Shown here in pieces: positions 39,112-48,589 of a DNA stretch of 64,000 nt. The notes beneath the pieces were generated by a model, which was not told the DNA's origin, ran no database searches, and worked only from the letters and a program-made list of their open reading frames with translations. This stretch comes from Vicinamibacteria bacterium (GTDB taxonomy: Bacteria; Acidobacteriota; Vicinamibacteria; Marinacidobacterales; Marinacidobacteraceae), in assembly GCA_963422395.1 (NCBI GenBank), contig OY729431.1, positions 608,001 to 672,000 on the forward strand, read 5' to 3'. The position numbers and the translations under genes are program-made. The stretch's first letter is position 1; the number at the start of each line of letters is the position of its first letter.

Positions 39112-41195
39112 ACGAAACGGCTGGCCGATCGGCGAGCAAGTCCGCAAACGGCCTGGATCGGCTGGACCGGATCGGCGCCGAGGCGTTTCCCGGGTACCTG
39201 GTGCGGAAGGATCTGGTGCGGCGCTACTCGCGGCAGTTTCCGGTGCCCACCTATGTCGTCGAGTTCCTGCTCGGTCGCTTCTGCGCGAGCACCGACGAAA
39301 CCGAGATCCGGGAGGGTCTCGAAATCGTCGAGGGCCAGCTTCGCGGCCGCACCGTCCGGGCATCCGACCGGGAGCGGTTCCGGTCCGAAGCCCGCGAAAA
39401 GGGGTCCGTCCGGCTGATCGACCTGGTGCGCGCGCGGCTCGACGCCCGGCGCGACTGCTACCTGATCGAGCTCCCGAGCCTCGGCGAGCGGCAGGTCGGC
39501 ATCGAGGCGAAGACCGTGCTGGAGAACCAGCGGATGCTCACCGACGGCTTCTACGCCGAAGTGACGCTTCGCTACGACCCGCTCGCGGCGCCGGAATCCC
39601 GCGGCGAACCCTTCCGGGTGGAGGCGCTGCGTCCGATCCAGATGTCGGATCCCGAGGTGCTGCGGCGGCTGGCCGAAGGCCGGCGGGCGTTTTCGACCGC
39701 CGAGTGGCGCGACTTCCTGATCCGCTCCGTCGGGCTGGAACCGGACGCGCTCGACGAACGGGCGAAACGGGTTGCGCTGCTGCGGATGGCGCCCTTCGTC
39801 GAGCGGAATTTCAACCTCGTGGAACTCGGCCCCCGGGGTACCGGCAAGAGCCACCTCTACCAGCAGATCTCCCCGTACTCGCACCTGATCTCCGGGGGGA
39901 AGGCCACCGTCGCCAAGATGTTCGTGAACATGGCGAATGGCCAGCGCGGCCTCGTCTGCCGATACGATGTCGTCTGCTTCGACGAAGTCGCCGGCATCTC
40001 CTTCGACCAGAAGGACGGCGCGAACATCATGAAGGGGTACATGGCGTCGGGGGAGTTCAGCCGCGGCAAGGAGAGCATCCGTGCCGACGGCGGGATCGTG
40101 ATGGTCGGGAACTTCGATCGGGATCTCGAACGCCAGCAGCGGGTCGGCCATCTGCTGAGCGCGCTGCCGAAGGAAATGCGGAACGACACTGCTTTCCACG
40201 ACCGGATCCACGCCTATGTGCCGGGATGGGACTTCCCGAAACTGAACCCGGACGAACACTTCACCGACCGGTTCGGGCTCGTCACCGACTTCCTGAGCGA
40301 ATGCTGGACGCGGATGCGGGAGACGCCGCGGATATCGGCGCTCCAGGGCCGCGCGTACTGGGGAGGGGCGCTGAGCGGGCGCGATCAGGAGGCGGTGAAC
40401 AAGACCTGCTCGGCGCTGGTCAAACTCCTGTTCCCCGATCCGAAGATGGAAATTCCGGACGAGGATCTGGAATGGATCCTCCGGGTCGCGCTGGAATCCC
40501 GGCGCCGCGTCAAGGAACAGCAGAAGCGCTGCCTCAAGAGCGAGTTCCGCAACACCCACTTCTCCTTCACGCTCGGGGCCGACGGGATCGAGCAGTTCGT
40601 CGGCACCCCGGAATTGCGGAGCGGCGACGCCCTCGAGGGCGACCCGCTCCCGCCGGGACAAGTCTGGTCGGTGGGTCCGGGAACGGGCGAGACCGGCCCC
40701 GGCCTCTACCGGATCGAGGCGGCGGTGGGTCCCGGCAGCAGCGCCCGGATCCTGAACCACCCGGTACCGCCCGCCTTCCGGGAGAGCGTTCGGGTCGGCG
40801 AGCAGAACCTCTACGCCCAGGCGAAAGCTCTGGTTGGTGACCGCGACCCGCGGGGGCACGAGTACCAGCTCCAGTTACGCCCGTACGACGCCGACCGTTC
40901 CGGCGCCGGACTCGGGCTGCCGGTGCTGGTGGCGCTGGTGGGCAGCCTGCTGGAGCGCAGCGTCCGCGGCGGGACGATCGTGGTGGGAAGCCTGAACCTC
41001 GGCGGCTCGGTCGAGGGGCTGCTGCGCCCCGTAGAGATCGCGGAACTCGCGGTCGAACGGCAGGCCGCCGTCCTCCTGATGCCGGTGTCCGCCCGCCGGG
41101 ATCTGAGCGATCTCCCCGACGACCTCTGGACCCGCATCAACATCGAGTTCTATGCAGACCCCGCCGCCGCGGTGTTCAAGGCGCTCCTCGACTGA
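39108..41195 (+). CDS. brxL: BREX Lon-related AAA+ protein BrxL
   Basis: VPTYVVEFLLG, ELGPRGTGKS, CFDEV, AFHDRIH; degenerate Lon-like C-terminal domain. Confidence 0.93.
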   Translation: MNETAGRSASKSANGLDRLDRIGAEAFPGYLVRKDLVRRYSRQFPVPTYVVEFLLGRFCASTDETEIREGLEIVEGQLRGRTVRASDRERFRSEAREKGSVRLIDLVRARLDARRDCYLIELPSLGERQVGIEAKTVLENQRMLTDGFYAEVTLRYDPLAAPESRGEPFRVEALRPIQMSDPEVLRRLAEGRRAFSTAEWRDFLIRSVGLEPDALDERAKRVALLRMAPFVERNFNLVELGPRGTGKSHLYQQISPYSHLISGGKATVAKMFVNMANGQRGLVCRYDVVCFDEVAGISFDQKDGANIMKGYMASGEFSRGKESIRADGGIVMVGNFDRDLERQQRVGHLLSALPKEMRNDTAFHDRIHAYVPGWDFPKLNPDEHFTDRFGLVTDFLSECWTRMRETPRISALQGRAYWGGALSGRDQEAVNKTCSALVKLLFPDPKMEIPDEDLEWILRVALESRRRVKEQQKRCLKSEFRNTHFSFTLGADGIEQFVGTPELRSGDALEGDPLPPGQVWSVGPGTGETGPGLYRIEAAVGPGSSARILNHPVPPAFRESVRVGEQNLYAQAKALVGDRDPRGHEYQLQLRPYDADRSGAGLGLPVLVALVGSLLERSVRGGTIVVGSLNLGGSVEGLLRPVEIAELAVERQAAVLLMPVSARRDLSDLPDDLWTRINIEFYADPAAAVFKALLD

Positions 41196-41286
41196 CCGCA
41201 GCGGCTGGAATGCCCAGGCAACGCCCCGGATCCCACCGCACCGACCCCGCCAGGGCAACCGAGTGCATCTTCGTCAGAGGAGCGGC

Positions 41287-42741
41287 ATGGACTACCACTG
41301 GACTCCGATAGAAGATTACGAAGCACCCGATGCGCTGGCCCACCGCGAGCTGCGTTCGCTCGCTCGGGTGTGGCGCGACCAGCGCGAACGGCTGAGCTCA
41401 CGGCAGGCGTACCGCGATTTAGAGCAGCGACTGAAGCGCGAGTGGGCGATCGAAACGGGCCTGATCGAGCGTCTCTACACCCTGGACCGCGGCATAACCC
41501 AACTCCTCATCGAGCACGGCATCCAGGCGGCGGTGATCCCGCACGGGAGGGTCGCGAATCCAGAAGCCACCGTTGCGATGATCGAGGATCATCGAGAGGC
41601 CGTCGAGGAGGTGTTCCGGTTCGTGAAGGACGAGCGGGCCTTGTCCACGAGCTACATCGAGGAATTGCACGCCCTGATGACGCGGCATCAGCAATCGGTA
41701 GGAGGGATCGACTCTCTCGGACGAGCGACGGAGGTCCCCCTCCTTCGTGGGGATTACAAGCGCTGGCCGAACAACCCGAAACGGTTCGATGGTTCGGTGC
41801 ATGAATACTGTCCCCCCGAGCATGTCTCTTCCGAGATGGACCGGTTGCTCGATATGCACCAAGCCCACGATGCGACGGCGCCCGAAGTGGAAGCCGCCTG
41901 GCTGCACCATCGGTTCACGCAGATCCATCCCTTCCAGGATGGCAACGGACGCGTCGTCCGCGCCCTCGCGACGCTCGTATTCGTGAAAGCGGGTTGGTTT
42001 CCGCTCGTGGTCAGGGATCGCGACCGGAAGCGCTACCTCGAGGCTCTGGAACACGCCGATTCCGGAAACCTGAAGACACTCGTGGATTACTTCGCCCGTT
42101 TACAGAAGGGCGAATTCGTCCGGGCACTCAGCATCGCCGAAGATGTCGTGAAGGCGCACCGCGTCAGCGAGGCGATCCGATCCGTACGGAATCGGTTGCG
42201 GGCTCGCCGGGATGCGCTCGCCGAGGAATGGAAGAAGGCGCAATCCATCGCTGCCGCGATGCGAGATCTCGCCCAGGAACGCCTCGACGAAGTCGCGAAA
42301 GACCTCCAGCAGGAGATGTCCGATGTGCTCGAGCACGGCGAGTACTTCGCCGACGGTGCCGACGACCGCAGCGAACGGAGTCATTTCTACCGGTACCAGA
42401 TCGTCCGAACCGCCAAACAACTGGATTACTTCGCCGGCACGAACACCTACCGTTCCTGGGCGCGTCTGGTGATGAAAAACGCCAACCAGACAGAACTCCT
42501 GATCGCGTTCCACGGAATGGGGCGCGAATTCCAGGGGGTTCTCGCGTGCTCGGCGACCTGGTTCCAGCGCGTGGAGACGGCGAAAATCGAAAGCGAGATC
42601 GGCCCCGTTACGGCTGTCACCGACGAGGTGTTTCAGATCAACTACCAGGAGCCTCTCGATGAAGTGCGGACGAGGTTCGTCGAGTGGCTGGAGCACGCCA
42701 TCGTTCGCGGCCTGAAACTGTGGCAGGAGACCTCCCTGTGA
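41287..42741 (+). CDS. Fic family protein with C-terminal extension
   Basis: Canonical HPFQDGNGRVVR motif; AIETGLIE inhibitory-helix-like motif. Confidence 0.9.
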   Translation: MDYHWTPIEDYEAPDALAHRELRSLARVWRDQRERLSSRQAYRDLEQRLKREWAIETGLIERLYTLDRGITQLLIEHGIQAAVIPHGRVANPEATVAMIEDHREAVEEVFRFVKDERALSTSYIEELHALMTRHQQSVGGIDSLGRATEVPLLRGDYKRWPNNPKRFDGSVHEYCPPEHVSSEMDRLLDMHQAHDATAPEVEAAWLHHRFTQIHPFQDGNGRVVRALATLVFVKAGWFPLVVRDRDRKRYLEALEHADSGNLKTLVDYFARLQKGEFVRALSIAEDVVKAHRVSEAIRSVRNRLRARRDALAEEWKKAQSIAAAMRDLAQERLDEVAKDLQQEMSDVLEHGEYFADGADDRSERSHFYRYQIVRTAKQLDYFAGTNTYRSWARLVMKNANQTELLIAFHGMGREFQGVLACSATWFQRVETAKIESEIGPVTAVTDEVFQINYQEPLDEVRTRFVEWLEHAIVRGLKLWQETSL

Positions 42742-42761
42742 ACGAGGTCTGCGGCGAGCCC

Positions 42762-43801
42762 TTCAGGTCCGCGAGTACCTGTGAAACGAAATCTGCGGCA
42801 GTCGTTTCGCCGGCCAGCGCAGCCACCTTCCTCTGGCTTCCCTTTCCGCCGAATCGCAGAAGCGTCGTCAGCTCGATCTGCCCGTAACAGGCTGATGGAA
42901 AGATCCAGACAACGCGCCCGGATCCATCGTTATGCCGTAGAAGACGCCGCCCGACCCGGGAGCGAGGACATCGAATCCTCGGCCGATCCGAATTCCAACG
43001 CTTGTGCATCCATCGGCGAAATCACTCTTATCAGCAGAGCAAGGATCCGGTTTCCCACCGCAACACTGAAGAGCCAGGTGATAAGCGGGATTACCAGCGT
43101 GGCGACCACGACCGGAGAACGGAGCACGAGATAGCTGGCCAACAGCCGATGCATTCGTTCCCGGCAGGAAATGAGCCATTCCCGGTCATCCGGCTGAAGA
43201 TCGGCGAGCGCATGATTCCACTGAGAATCGAAGTCACGGTCGCGCACTCTCCAATCGTCGCGACGAGAAGCGATGAGCATCAGCATGACCTGGAGCAGTT
43301 GCAACTGATCGGCCCAACGCACGAAGCCATTCATCGTGCTGCGCAACATTCCATAGGCAGGATGATCGAAAGAGATCGCAGCACCGGATGCCGCACGGTC
43401 GAACAATTCATCCCGCAATGCGAAGATCTCCTGCCGGAAGGAATCCACTGCACACCCGCGAAAGCGGCCCAGCAGCAGCAAGATCCCCGACAGCGAGATC
43501 GTCGTGATGATGGCCGTTGCCGTTTCCATGTTCGCTCCTCCTCGATACCCGGTCTCAAGCAGGCGAATCGCCGCGCGGAGTCAGGCCGCTCGAAGTCCGT
43601 TTCGGGTCTCGTTGGCGCTCCAGATTCTGGAGGCGTGATGAAAGCCGTTCCACCGTCGTCTTGCGAACCCGCCGTTCCCAGGTGCCGTAGCCGAACCCAC
43701 AGGCGGCAACCAGCCACGCGGCAGCAGTAGAGACATTCAGGTCCGCGAGTACCTGTAATCCGAAATCGGCGGCAGTCGTTTCGCCGGCCATCGCAGCCAC
43801 C
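42762..43801. repeat. Imperfect 66-bp direct repeat (42762-42827 and 43736-43801); the left copy is a remnant paralog of the 43555-43947 gene
   Basis: Encodes VAALAGETTAADFVSQVLADL versus VAAMAGETTAADFGLQVLADL. Confidence 0.85.
42930..43529 (-). CDS. Hypothetical membrane protein
   Basis: GAGGAGGAG RBS; N- and C-terminal hydrophobic segments; lower GC. Confidence 0.7.
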   Translation of the reverse strand: METATAIITTISLSGILLLLGRFRGCAVDSFRQEIFALRDELFDRAASGAAISFDHPAYGMLRSTMNGFVRWADQLQLLQVMLMLIASRRDDWRVRDRDFDSQWNHALADLQPDDREWLISCRERMHRLLASYLVLRSPVVVATLVIPLITWLFSVAVGNRILALLIRVISPMDAQALEFGSAEDSMSSLPGRAASSTA

Positions 43802-43947
43802 GATCTATACAGGTACGAAGCGATCCAGACCCACGCACCCATCCGTAACGCCGTAGTCACGATGGAGACGACCGCCTGGATCCATCCGGCTCGCCGCAGC
43901 GCCCGATTCTCGGCCCGCAGCTCAGCTGCCGTCTTCTTCCGTGTCAT
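43555..43947 (-). CDS. Hypothetical 2-TM protein
   Basis: Two hydrophobic helices, C-terminal DPKRTSSGLT..G. Confidence 0.7.
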   Translation of the reverse strand: MTRKKTAAELRAENRALRRAGWIQAVVSIVTTALRMGAWVWIASYLYRSVAAMAGETTAADFGLQVLADLNVSTAAAWLVAACGFGYGTWERRVRKTTVERLSSRLQNLERQRDPKRTSSGLTPRGDSPA

Positions 43948-43968
43948 TCTCTCACGGTAGCGGATCGG

Positions 43969-45645
43969 TCAGATCTTACCTCCTTCCAGGATCCGGGAGC
44001 GCTCGGCGAGGGTGATGGCGCGGGCCGCTTCGAGGGAGACGACTTCGAGGCGGACGCTGGTTCCGGGGAGGGCCTGGGCGAGGCGGGCGAGGTCGGGAGT
44101 GACGACGCTGCCGATCTTGGGGTAGCCGCCGGTCGTGCCCTGGTCGGCGCCCATCACGATCGGTCGGCCCGCCGGGGGGACCTGGATCGCGCCTCGGGGG
44201 TTCGCGTCGGAAACGATCTCCTGGCGGCCCCTGCGGTGGGTGAGGGTCGGGCCGTCGAGCCGGATGCCCATGCGGTTCGAGTCGTTCGAGACCGAGAAGC
44301 GCTGCTCGCCGAGCGTGCGGAGGCATTCTCCGGTGAAGCAGTCCTGCTGCGGGCCGAGGCTCAGGCGCAGCCGGAGGGTTCCGGTCTCGGGCGGGCGGCG
44401 GGCCTCCGGCAGGTAGCGGTTTTCGCGGGCCGCGGCGGGAACTTCGCCGGTGGAGAGTCGATCTCCGGCGCGGAGCGCGCGGCCTTCGAAGCCGCCGAAC
44501 CCCGCGATCAGGTAGGTGGCGCGGGAGCCGAGAACTGCGGGGACCCGAATCCCGCCGGCGACCGCGAGGTAGGTGCGCATCCCGGAGGGAGGCCCGGCGA
44601 AACGGAGCACACTGCCCGCGGCGGCCAGGAAGGACATGCCCAGCGGGATGGGCCAGGCGCTCTTCCCGGGGGGATGGAGCACCGCGCGGTGGTCGGCCCC
44701 GCCGAGGGCGGCGAGCCGCGGCTGCAGAAAGCGGAGCACCGGACCGACCAGGCTGCATTCGAGCCCGGCGGCGCCGTCCGGGTTGCCGACCGCGCGGTTC
44801 GCGAACGCGAGCGACGCCGGGTCCGCCGCTCCCGACCAGGGGACTCCGTAGCGCTGGTAGCCGGGGCGGCCCAGGTCCTGGACCGTGGTCAGGAGCCCGC
44901 CCCGCTCCACCTCGAAGGCTGCCTCCAATGCTGCCGGGCGGTCCGGAGGCGAGACCGCCGGCGCCGCGGGCCGCGGCGCTTCCGGCAATTCGGAGACCGG
45001 AAGGAACCGCACCCGGTCGCCGGGCCGGCAGCGGCTCGGCGGATCGCGCTCCCGGTCGAAGAGCAGCGAGGGATCCATGCGTCCGATCAGATGCCAGCCG
45101 CCGGGCGTCACCCAGGGGTACACCCCGGTCTGCGCCCGCGCCAGAGCGACCGAACCCGCCGGCACCCGCACCCGGGGAATCGGGCGGCGGGGGATGTCGA
45201 GGCGGGGATCGGCCATCCCGAGGTAGGGGAAGCCCGGAGTGAAGCCGATGAGGAACACCCGGTAATCGCGTTCCGCATGGAGGCGGATCAGCTCCGCTGC
45301 CGAAACGCCGGCCTGCGCCGCGACCTCCGGCAGGTCCTCGCCGTCATAGACGCAGGGGAACTCGATCCGGCGCGGAGGGGCTTCCCGCTCACCGCGGACC
45401 CGGCGGGCGAGGTCGAGCGTGTGGGCGCGGATCGCTTCGGGGTCGGCGGCGGGATCGTGGCAGACCAGCACCGAGCGGAAAGTGGGGATCGCCTCCTCGA
45501 AGCCATCGAACGGTTCGCGCTCGAGCCGGGCGGCGAGGCCGGCGGCCCGCGCATTCAGCTCGGGGGAGATCCTGTTGCCGAACTCGACAGCGAAGGCGGC
45601 TTCCCCCGCGTTCAGGATCCGCGCCTCGTCCAAAACCTCATCCAA
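43969..45645 (-). CDS. pxpBC: 5-oxoprolinase subunits B+C fusion (start approximate)
   Basis: GFTPGFPYLG, TPGGWHLIG, TTVQDLGR, SNRMGIRL, TTGGYPKI. Confidence 0.9.
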   Translation of the reverse strand: MDEVLDEARILNAGEAAFAVEFGNRISPELNARAAGLAARLEREPFDGFEEAIPTFRSVLVCHDPAADPEAIRAHTLDLARRVRGEREAPPRRIEFPCVYDGEDLPEVAAQAGVSAAELIRLHAERDYRVFLIGFTPGFPYLGMADPRLDIPRRPIPRVRVPAGSVALARAQTGVYPWVTPGGWHLIGRMDPSLLFDRERDPPSRCRPGDRVRFLPVSELPEAPRPAAPAVSPPDRPAALEAAFEVERGGLLTTVQDLGRPGYQRYGVPWSGAADPASLAFANRAVGNPDGAAGLECSLVGPVLRFLQPRLAALGGADHRAVLHPPGKSAWPIPLGMSFLAAAGSVLRFAGPPSGMRTYLAVAGGIRVPAVLGSRATYLIAGFGGFEGRALRAGDRLSTGEVPAAARENRYLPEARRPPETGTLRLRLSLGPQQDCFTGECLRTLGEQRFSVSNDSNRMGIRLDGPTLTHRRGRQEIVSDANPRGAIQVPPAGRPIVMGADQGTTGGYPKIGSVVTPDLARLAQALPGTSVRLEVVSLEAARAITLAERSRILEGGKI

Positions 45646-45725
45646 GCCTCGACGGGATGGAGCGCCGGACTCGGGGGAGGGACGGGCGCGTCCGCTCTCG
45701 GTGGCCGTACTCCGGGTCCGGTGCT

Positions 45726-46481
45726 CTAACCGAGCGGACGGACCGCGACGCCCGCCGCTTCGAGCCGCTCCCGCACGGTGCGGGCGTTTTCGAGCGCCGC
45801 CGGGTTGTCCCCGTGGAGGCAGAGCGTCTCGGCAGCCACCGGAACCTCGGTCCCGTCGTGGGCGAGGACCGCACCCTGGGCGATCGCCAGCGCCTGGGCC
45901 GCCGCCCGCTCGGGGTCTCCGATCACCGAACCGGGGATCCGGCGCGACTGGAGGGTACCGTCGGGGTCGTACACCCGGTCGGCGAACGCCTCGCCGGCGA
46001 AGCGGAGGCCCTCGGCCTCGGCGGCCGCCCGCATGACGCCCGAGGTGGCGAGCCCGACGAAGACGAGGTTTCGGTCGGCGCGGGCCACCGCGCGGGCGAG
46101 CGCGGCCGAGAGCTCGGGATCGGCGACGGCCTGGTTGTAGAGCGCCCCGTGCGGCTTCACATGGACCATCCGGCCGTTGCGGGAGCGGACGAAACCGGCG
46201 AGCGCACCGACCTGGTAGAGCACATCGGCCTCCACTTCTTCGGCGGGCGCCTGGATCGGCCGGCGGCCGAAGCCGCGCAGGTCGTGGTGGCCGGGATGCG
46301 CGCCGATCGCCACCCCGCGGCCCAGGGCGAGCTCCACGGTCCGGTCCATGATGACCGGATCGCCGGCGTGGAAGCCGCAGGCGACATTCGCCGAGGTGAC
46401 GATCCCGAGGATCTCCTCGTCGCACCCGAGGTCGTAGTTGCCGAAGCTTTCGCCCATGTCGCAGTTGAGGTCGATCCGCAT
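45726..46481 (-). CDS. pxpA: 5-oxoprolinase subunit A (LamB/YcsF)
   Basis: IDLNCDMGE, ANVACGFHAGD, HVKPHGALYN, CLHGD. Confidence 0.95.
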   Translation of the reverse strand: MRIDLNCDMGESFGNYDLGCDEEILGIVTSANVACGFHAGDPVIMDRTVELALGRGVAIGAHPGHHDLRGFGRRPIQAPAEEVEADVLYQVGALAGFVRSRNGRMVHVKPHGALYNQAVADPELSAALARAVARADRNLVFVGLATSGVMRAAAEAEGLRFAGEAFADRVYDPDGTLQSRRIPGSVIGDPERAAAQALAIAQGAVLAHDGTEVPVAAETLCLHGDNPAALENARTVRERLEAAGVAVRPLG

Positions 46482-46488
46482 GGAGGCG

Positions 46489-46524
46489 ATTCTAAAGAAC
46501 GGAGGGCGTCCGGCAGGGTAGAAT
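46489..46524. promoter_or_regulatory. Back-to-back leaderless promoters for pxpA and thx
   Basis: TAGAAT-N7-ATG on both strands (46489-46494 minus; 46519-46524 plus); no SD sequence. Confidence 0.7.
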
Positions 46525-46531
46525 CGCGCTC

Positions 46532-46621
46532 ATGGGCAAAGGCGACCGGCGAACGAAGCGCGGCAAGATCTTCCAGGGGACGACCGGGAAGCGGCGGCTG
46601 AAGCGGCGCTCGAAGAAGTAG
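46532..46621 (+). CDS. thx: 30S ribosomal protein Thx (bTHX), 29 aa
   Basis: Translates to MGKGDRRTKRGKIFQGTTGKRRLKRRSKK*, matching the MGKGD..T.RGKI..GT.GK signature; absent from the ORF track. Confidence 0.92.
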   Translation: MGKGDRRTKRGKIFQGTTGKRRLKRRSKK

Positions 46622-46647
46622 CGAAGACCGCCGGCGCGAAGCCGCCC

Positions 46648-47646
46648 TTGCAGTCAGGACTGCAGTCGGCTTCCGTGCCGCCGGTCTCTTCACCTCCGGG
46701 TTCTCGAATCCCGGGCTCCAAAATCCCGGGTTCTCGAATCCCGGACGGCGGGTTTCTCAGGTACCTGCGGGCGAAGGCGCCGGTGGATGCGCGGGCGATC
46801 CACCCCGGGGTCCGGAAAGCGGTCCGGGGGGCGCTCGGGAGTTTCCCGGCTGGCACACCGCTCCGGGCGCTCGAAGTCGGGGGCGGAGCGGGCGGGGCGT
46901 TTCGACGCTGGACCGAGCTTCTCGCGCCGCACTCGCGGGCGGAACTCACGGTCACCGACCGCGACCCGGCACTGTTGGATGCCTACCGGCAGGAAGCGCT
47001 CCGCTGGGCGGGAGAGCGCGGCTCCCGGCGGGGAGAGCTGCTGCGCATCGAAGACCACGGCCGCATCCTCGAAGTGCGCTTTCTGCGGGTTTCGGCGCCC
47101 GAAGGGTTCCTCGCCTTCCCCGAAGGCTCGTTCGCGCTGCTGGCCGCCCAGTCGTTTTGGGATCTCCTGCCCCCGGGAACGGCGCTTCCGCTCGCTGGGC
47201 GCCTGCTCGCTCCGGGGGGCGTCTTCTACGCAGCGCTGACTTTTTCCGGGAGCACCCGCTTCGATCCGCCGCTCGGAGTCGTGGATCGGCGCATCCTGGA
47301 CCGCTACCACGCCAGCATGGAGGGGGCGCGCGGCGGCGACTCCCGCGCCGGCGAGCGGCTCATCGAACAGGTCCGCGCCCCCGGATCCGGCTTTTGCGAG
47401 CTGGCGTCGGGCCGCTCCGACTGGCGGGTCGTTCCCGATCCCGCCTTCGAGGGCGGCTATCCGGGCGACGAGCGGTTCTTCCTCGAAACGCTGCTCGGCT
47501 TCATCGAGAAGGAACTCCGAGCCGCGCCGGAGATCTCCGAATCGGAGCGAAGCGGCTGGCTCGCCGCCCGCCGGCGGCAGCTCGCGAAAGGCCGTCTTTC
47601 CTTCAGCGCCCGTCAGCACGACCTCGCCGCGCGGCGGGACCCGTGA
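46648..47646 (+). CDS. Class I SAM-dependent methyltransferase (start uncertain)
   Basis: YLRAKAPVD, LEVGGGAG, LAPGG, SDW; N-terminal low-complexity repeats. Confidence 0.75.
   Translation: MQSGLQSASVPPVSSPPGSRIPGSKIPGSRIPDGGFLRYLRAKAPVDARAIHPGVRKAVRGALGSFPAGTPLRALEVGGGAGGAFRRWTELLAPHSRAELTVTDRDPALLDAYRQEALRWAGERGSRRGELLRIEDHGRILEVRFLRVSAPEGFLAFPEGSFALLAAQSFWDLLPPGTALPLAGRLLAPGGVFYAALTFSGSTRFDPPLGVVDRRILDRYHASMEGARGGDSRAGERLIEQVRAPGSGFCELASGRSDWRVVPDPAFEGGYPGDERFFLETLLGFIEKELRAAPEISESERSGWLAARRRQLAKGRLSFSARQHDLAARRDP
46696..46744 (+). repeat. 15-bp tandem repeat x3
   Basis: CCGGGTTCTCGAATC / CCGGGCTCCAAAATC / CCGGGTTCTCGAATC. Confidence 0.85.
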
Positions 47647-48589
47647 ATCAGTCGGCGGCAGTCCGGTCCCGGACCAGACGGTCAACTTCTACCCGGAGCC
47701 GGCCCGTTATCCGGTCGTAGGAGAAGGCTCCCACCGTCTCCAGACCGCGCTTCAGGTTCACGAACGCCGCAGAACCGGCCGAGCGAGCGGTCCGCCGGAC
47801 CCCCTCACTCCTCCGACGCTGCCACCGCCACCACTACCAGAGCGACAAAAGCGGCCGCACCCATCAAGGCCCCGTTCGTTTTTCTCGACTTGGCAGTCCG
47901 TTCATAAGAATCGGCGAAGCAGTAGCGGATCCCTTCATCCTCATATTGCATCACCGATGTTGCGGGAGCAGAGGAGTCCACGAAGAGAGAAACGGCGACG
48001 CCCACGAGACCGGTCAACGCTCCGACGGCAATCCATCCGGCTCGTCCCTGTCGTTCCTCCGCCTCGGCTTTCCCGGCAGCGGCGGCCGCCGCGCAAGCAT
48101 CGCCTGCTTGCCCGAACACAAGCAGCGATGCCTCACGCCCACCGAACGCGGCCGAACCCAGAAAATCACGAGAAGCGGGAGCAGCTTCGGGCGGCGGAGA
48201 TGGGGCGGCAAACGCCAGTCCCGGAAATGCCAGCAAGAAAGAGAGAACGACCGCTATCGCGGAAGGGAACATGGCAATCCTTTGGGCCCGGGGAAAAGCG
48301 GACAGAAGGAACTCTAAAATGCGGCCCGCCGCGTGGCGTTCATGGCGACTTCCCGGACCGCCAACGACCGGAGAGTCGGTCCGGGCCGCCAACTGCGGAA
48401 GGGCGGCTCGCCTTCGCAGCCCGTCAGCACGACCTCGCCGCGCGGCTGACGAACCGCGGCGACGAGGAACTACCGGGAACTATCGGGCCGCGACGAGCCG
48501 ATCCACCTCGGTCTTCAGCCGACCGAGTATCTCGTCGTAGGGGAACGCCCCCAGCGCCTCCGGACCGCGCTTCAGGTTCACGAACGCCG
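47575..48589. repeat. Diverged ~195-bp direct duplication of the methyltransferase/ispG convergent junction, flanking an inserted gene
   Basis: Identical blocks 47608-47635 = 48419-48446 (28 bp) and 47743-47769 = 48563-48589 (27 bp). Confidence 0.85.
47805..48272 (-). CDS. Hypothetical exported/membrane protein (signal peptide + 2 TM)
   Basis: MFPSAIAVVLSFLLAFPGLAFA signal; lower GC than its flanks. Confidence 0.6.
   Translation of the reverse strand: MFPSAIAVVLSFLLAFPGLAFAAPSPPPEAAPASRDFLGSAAFGGREASLLVFGQAGDACAAAAAAGKAEAEERQGRAGWIAVGALTGLVGVAVSLFVDSSAPATSVMQYEDEGIRYCFADSYERTAKSRKTNGALMGAAAFVALVVVAVAASEE

Noticed and set aside
19200-43960. BREX region as a discrete mobile element
   Set aside because: No integrase or transposase, flanking direct repeats or tRNA target recognised
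43969-45645. PxpB-PxpC fusion as a novelty
   Set aside because: This fusion is already known in many bacteria
46696-46744. Short tandem repeats (also 21485-21547 and ~51008-51033) as CRISPR-like arrays
   Set aside because: No unique spacers, unit lengths are multiples of 3 in or next to coding frames, and no cas genes are present
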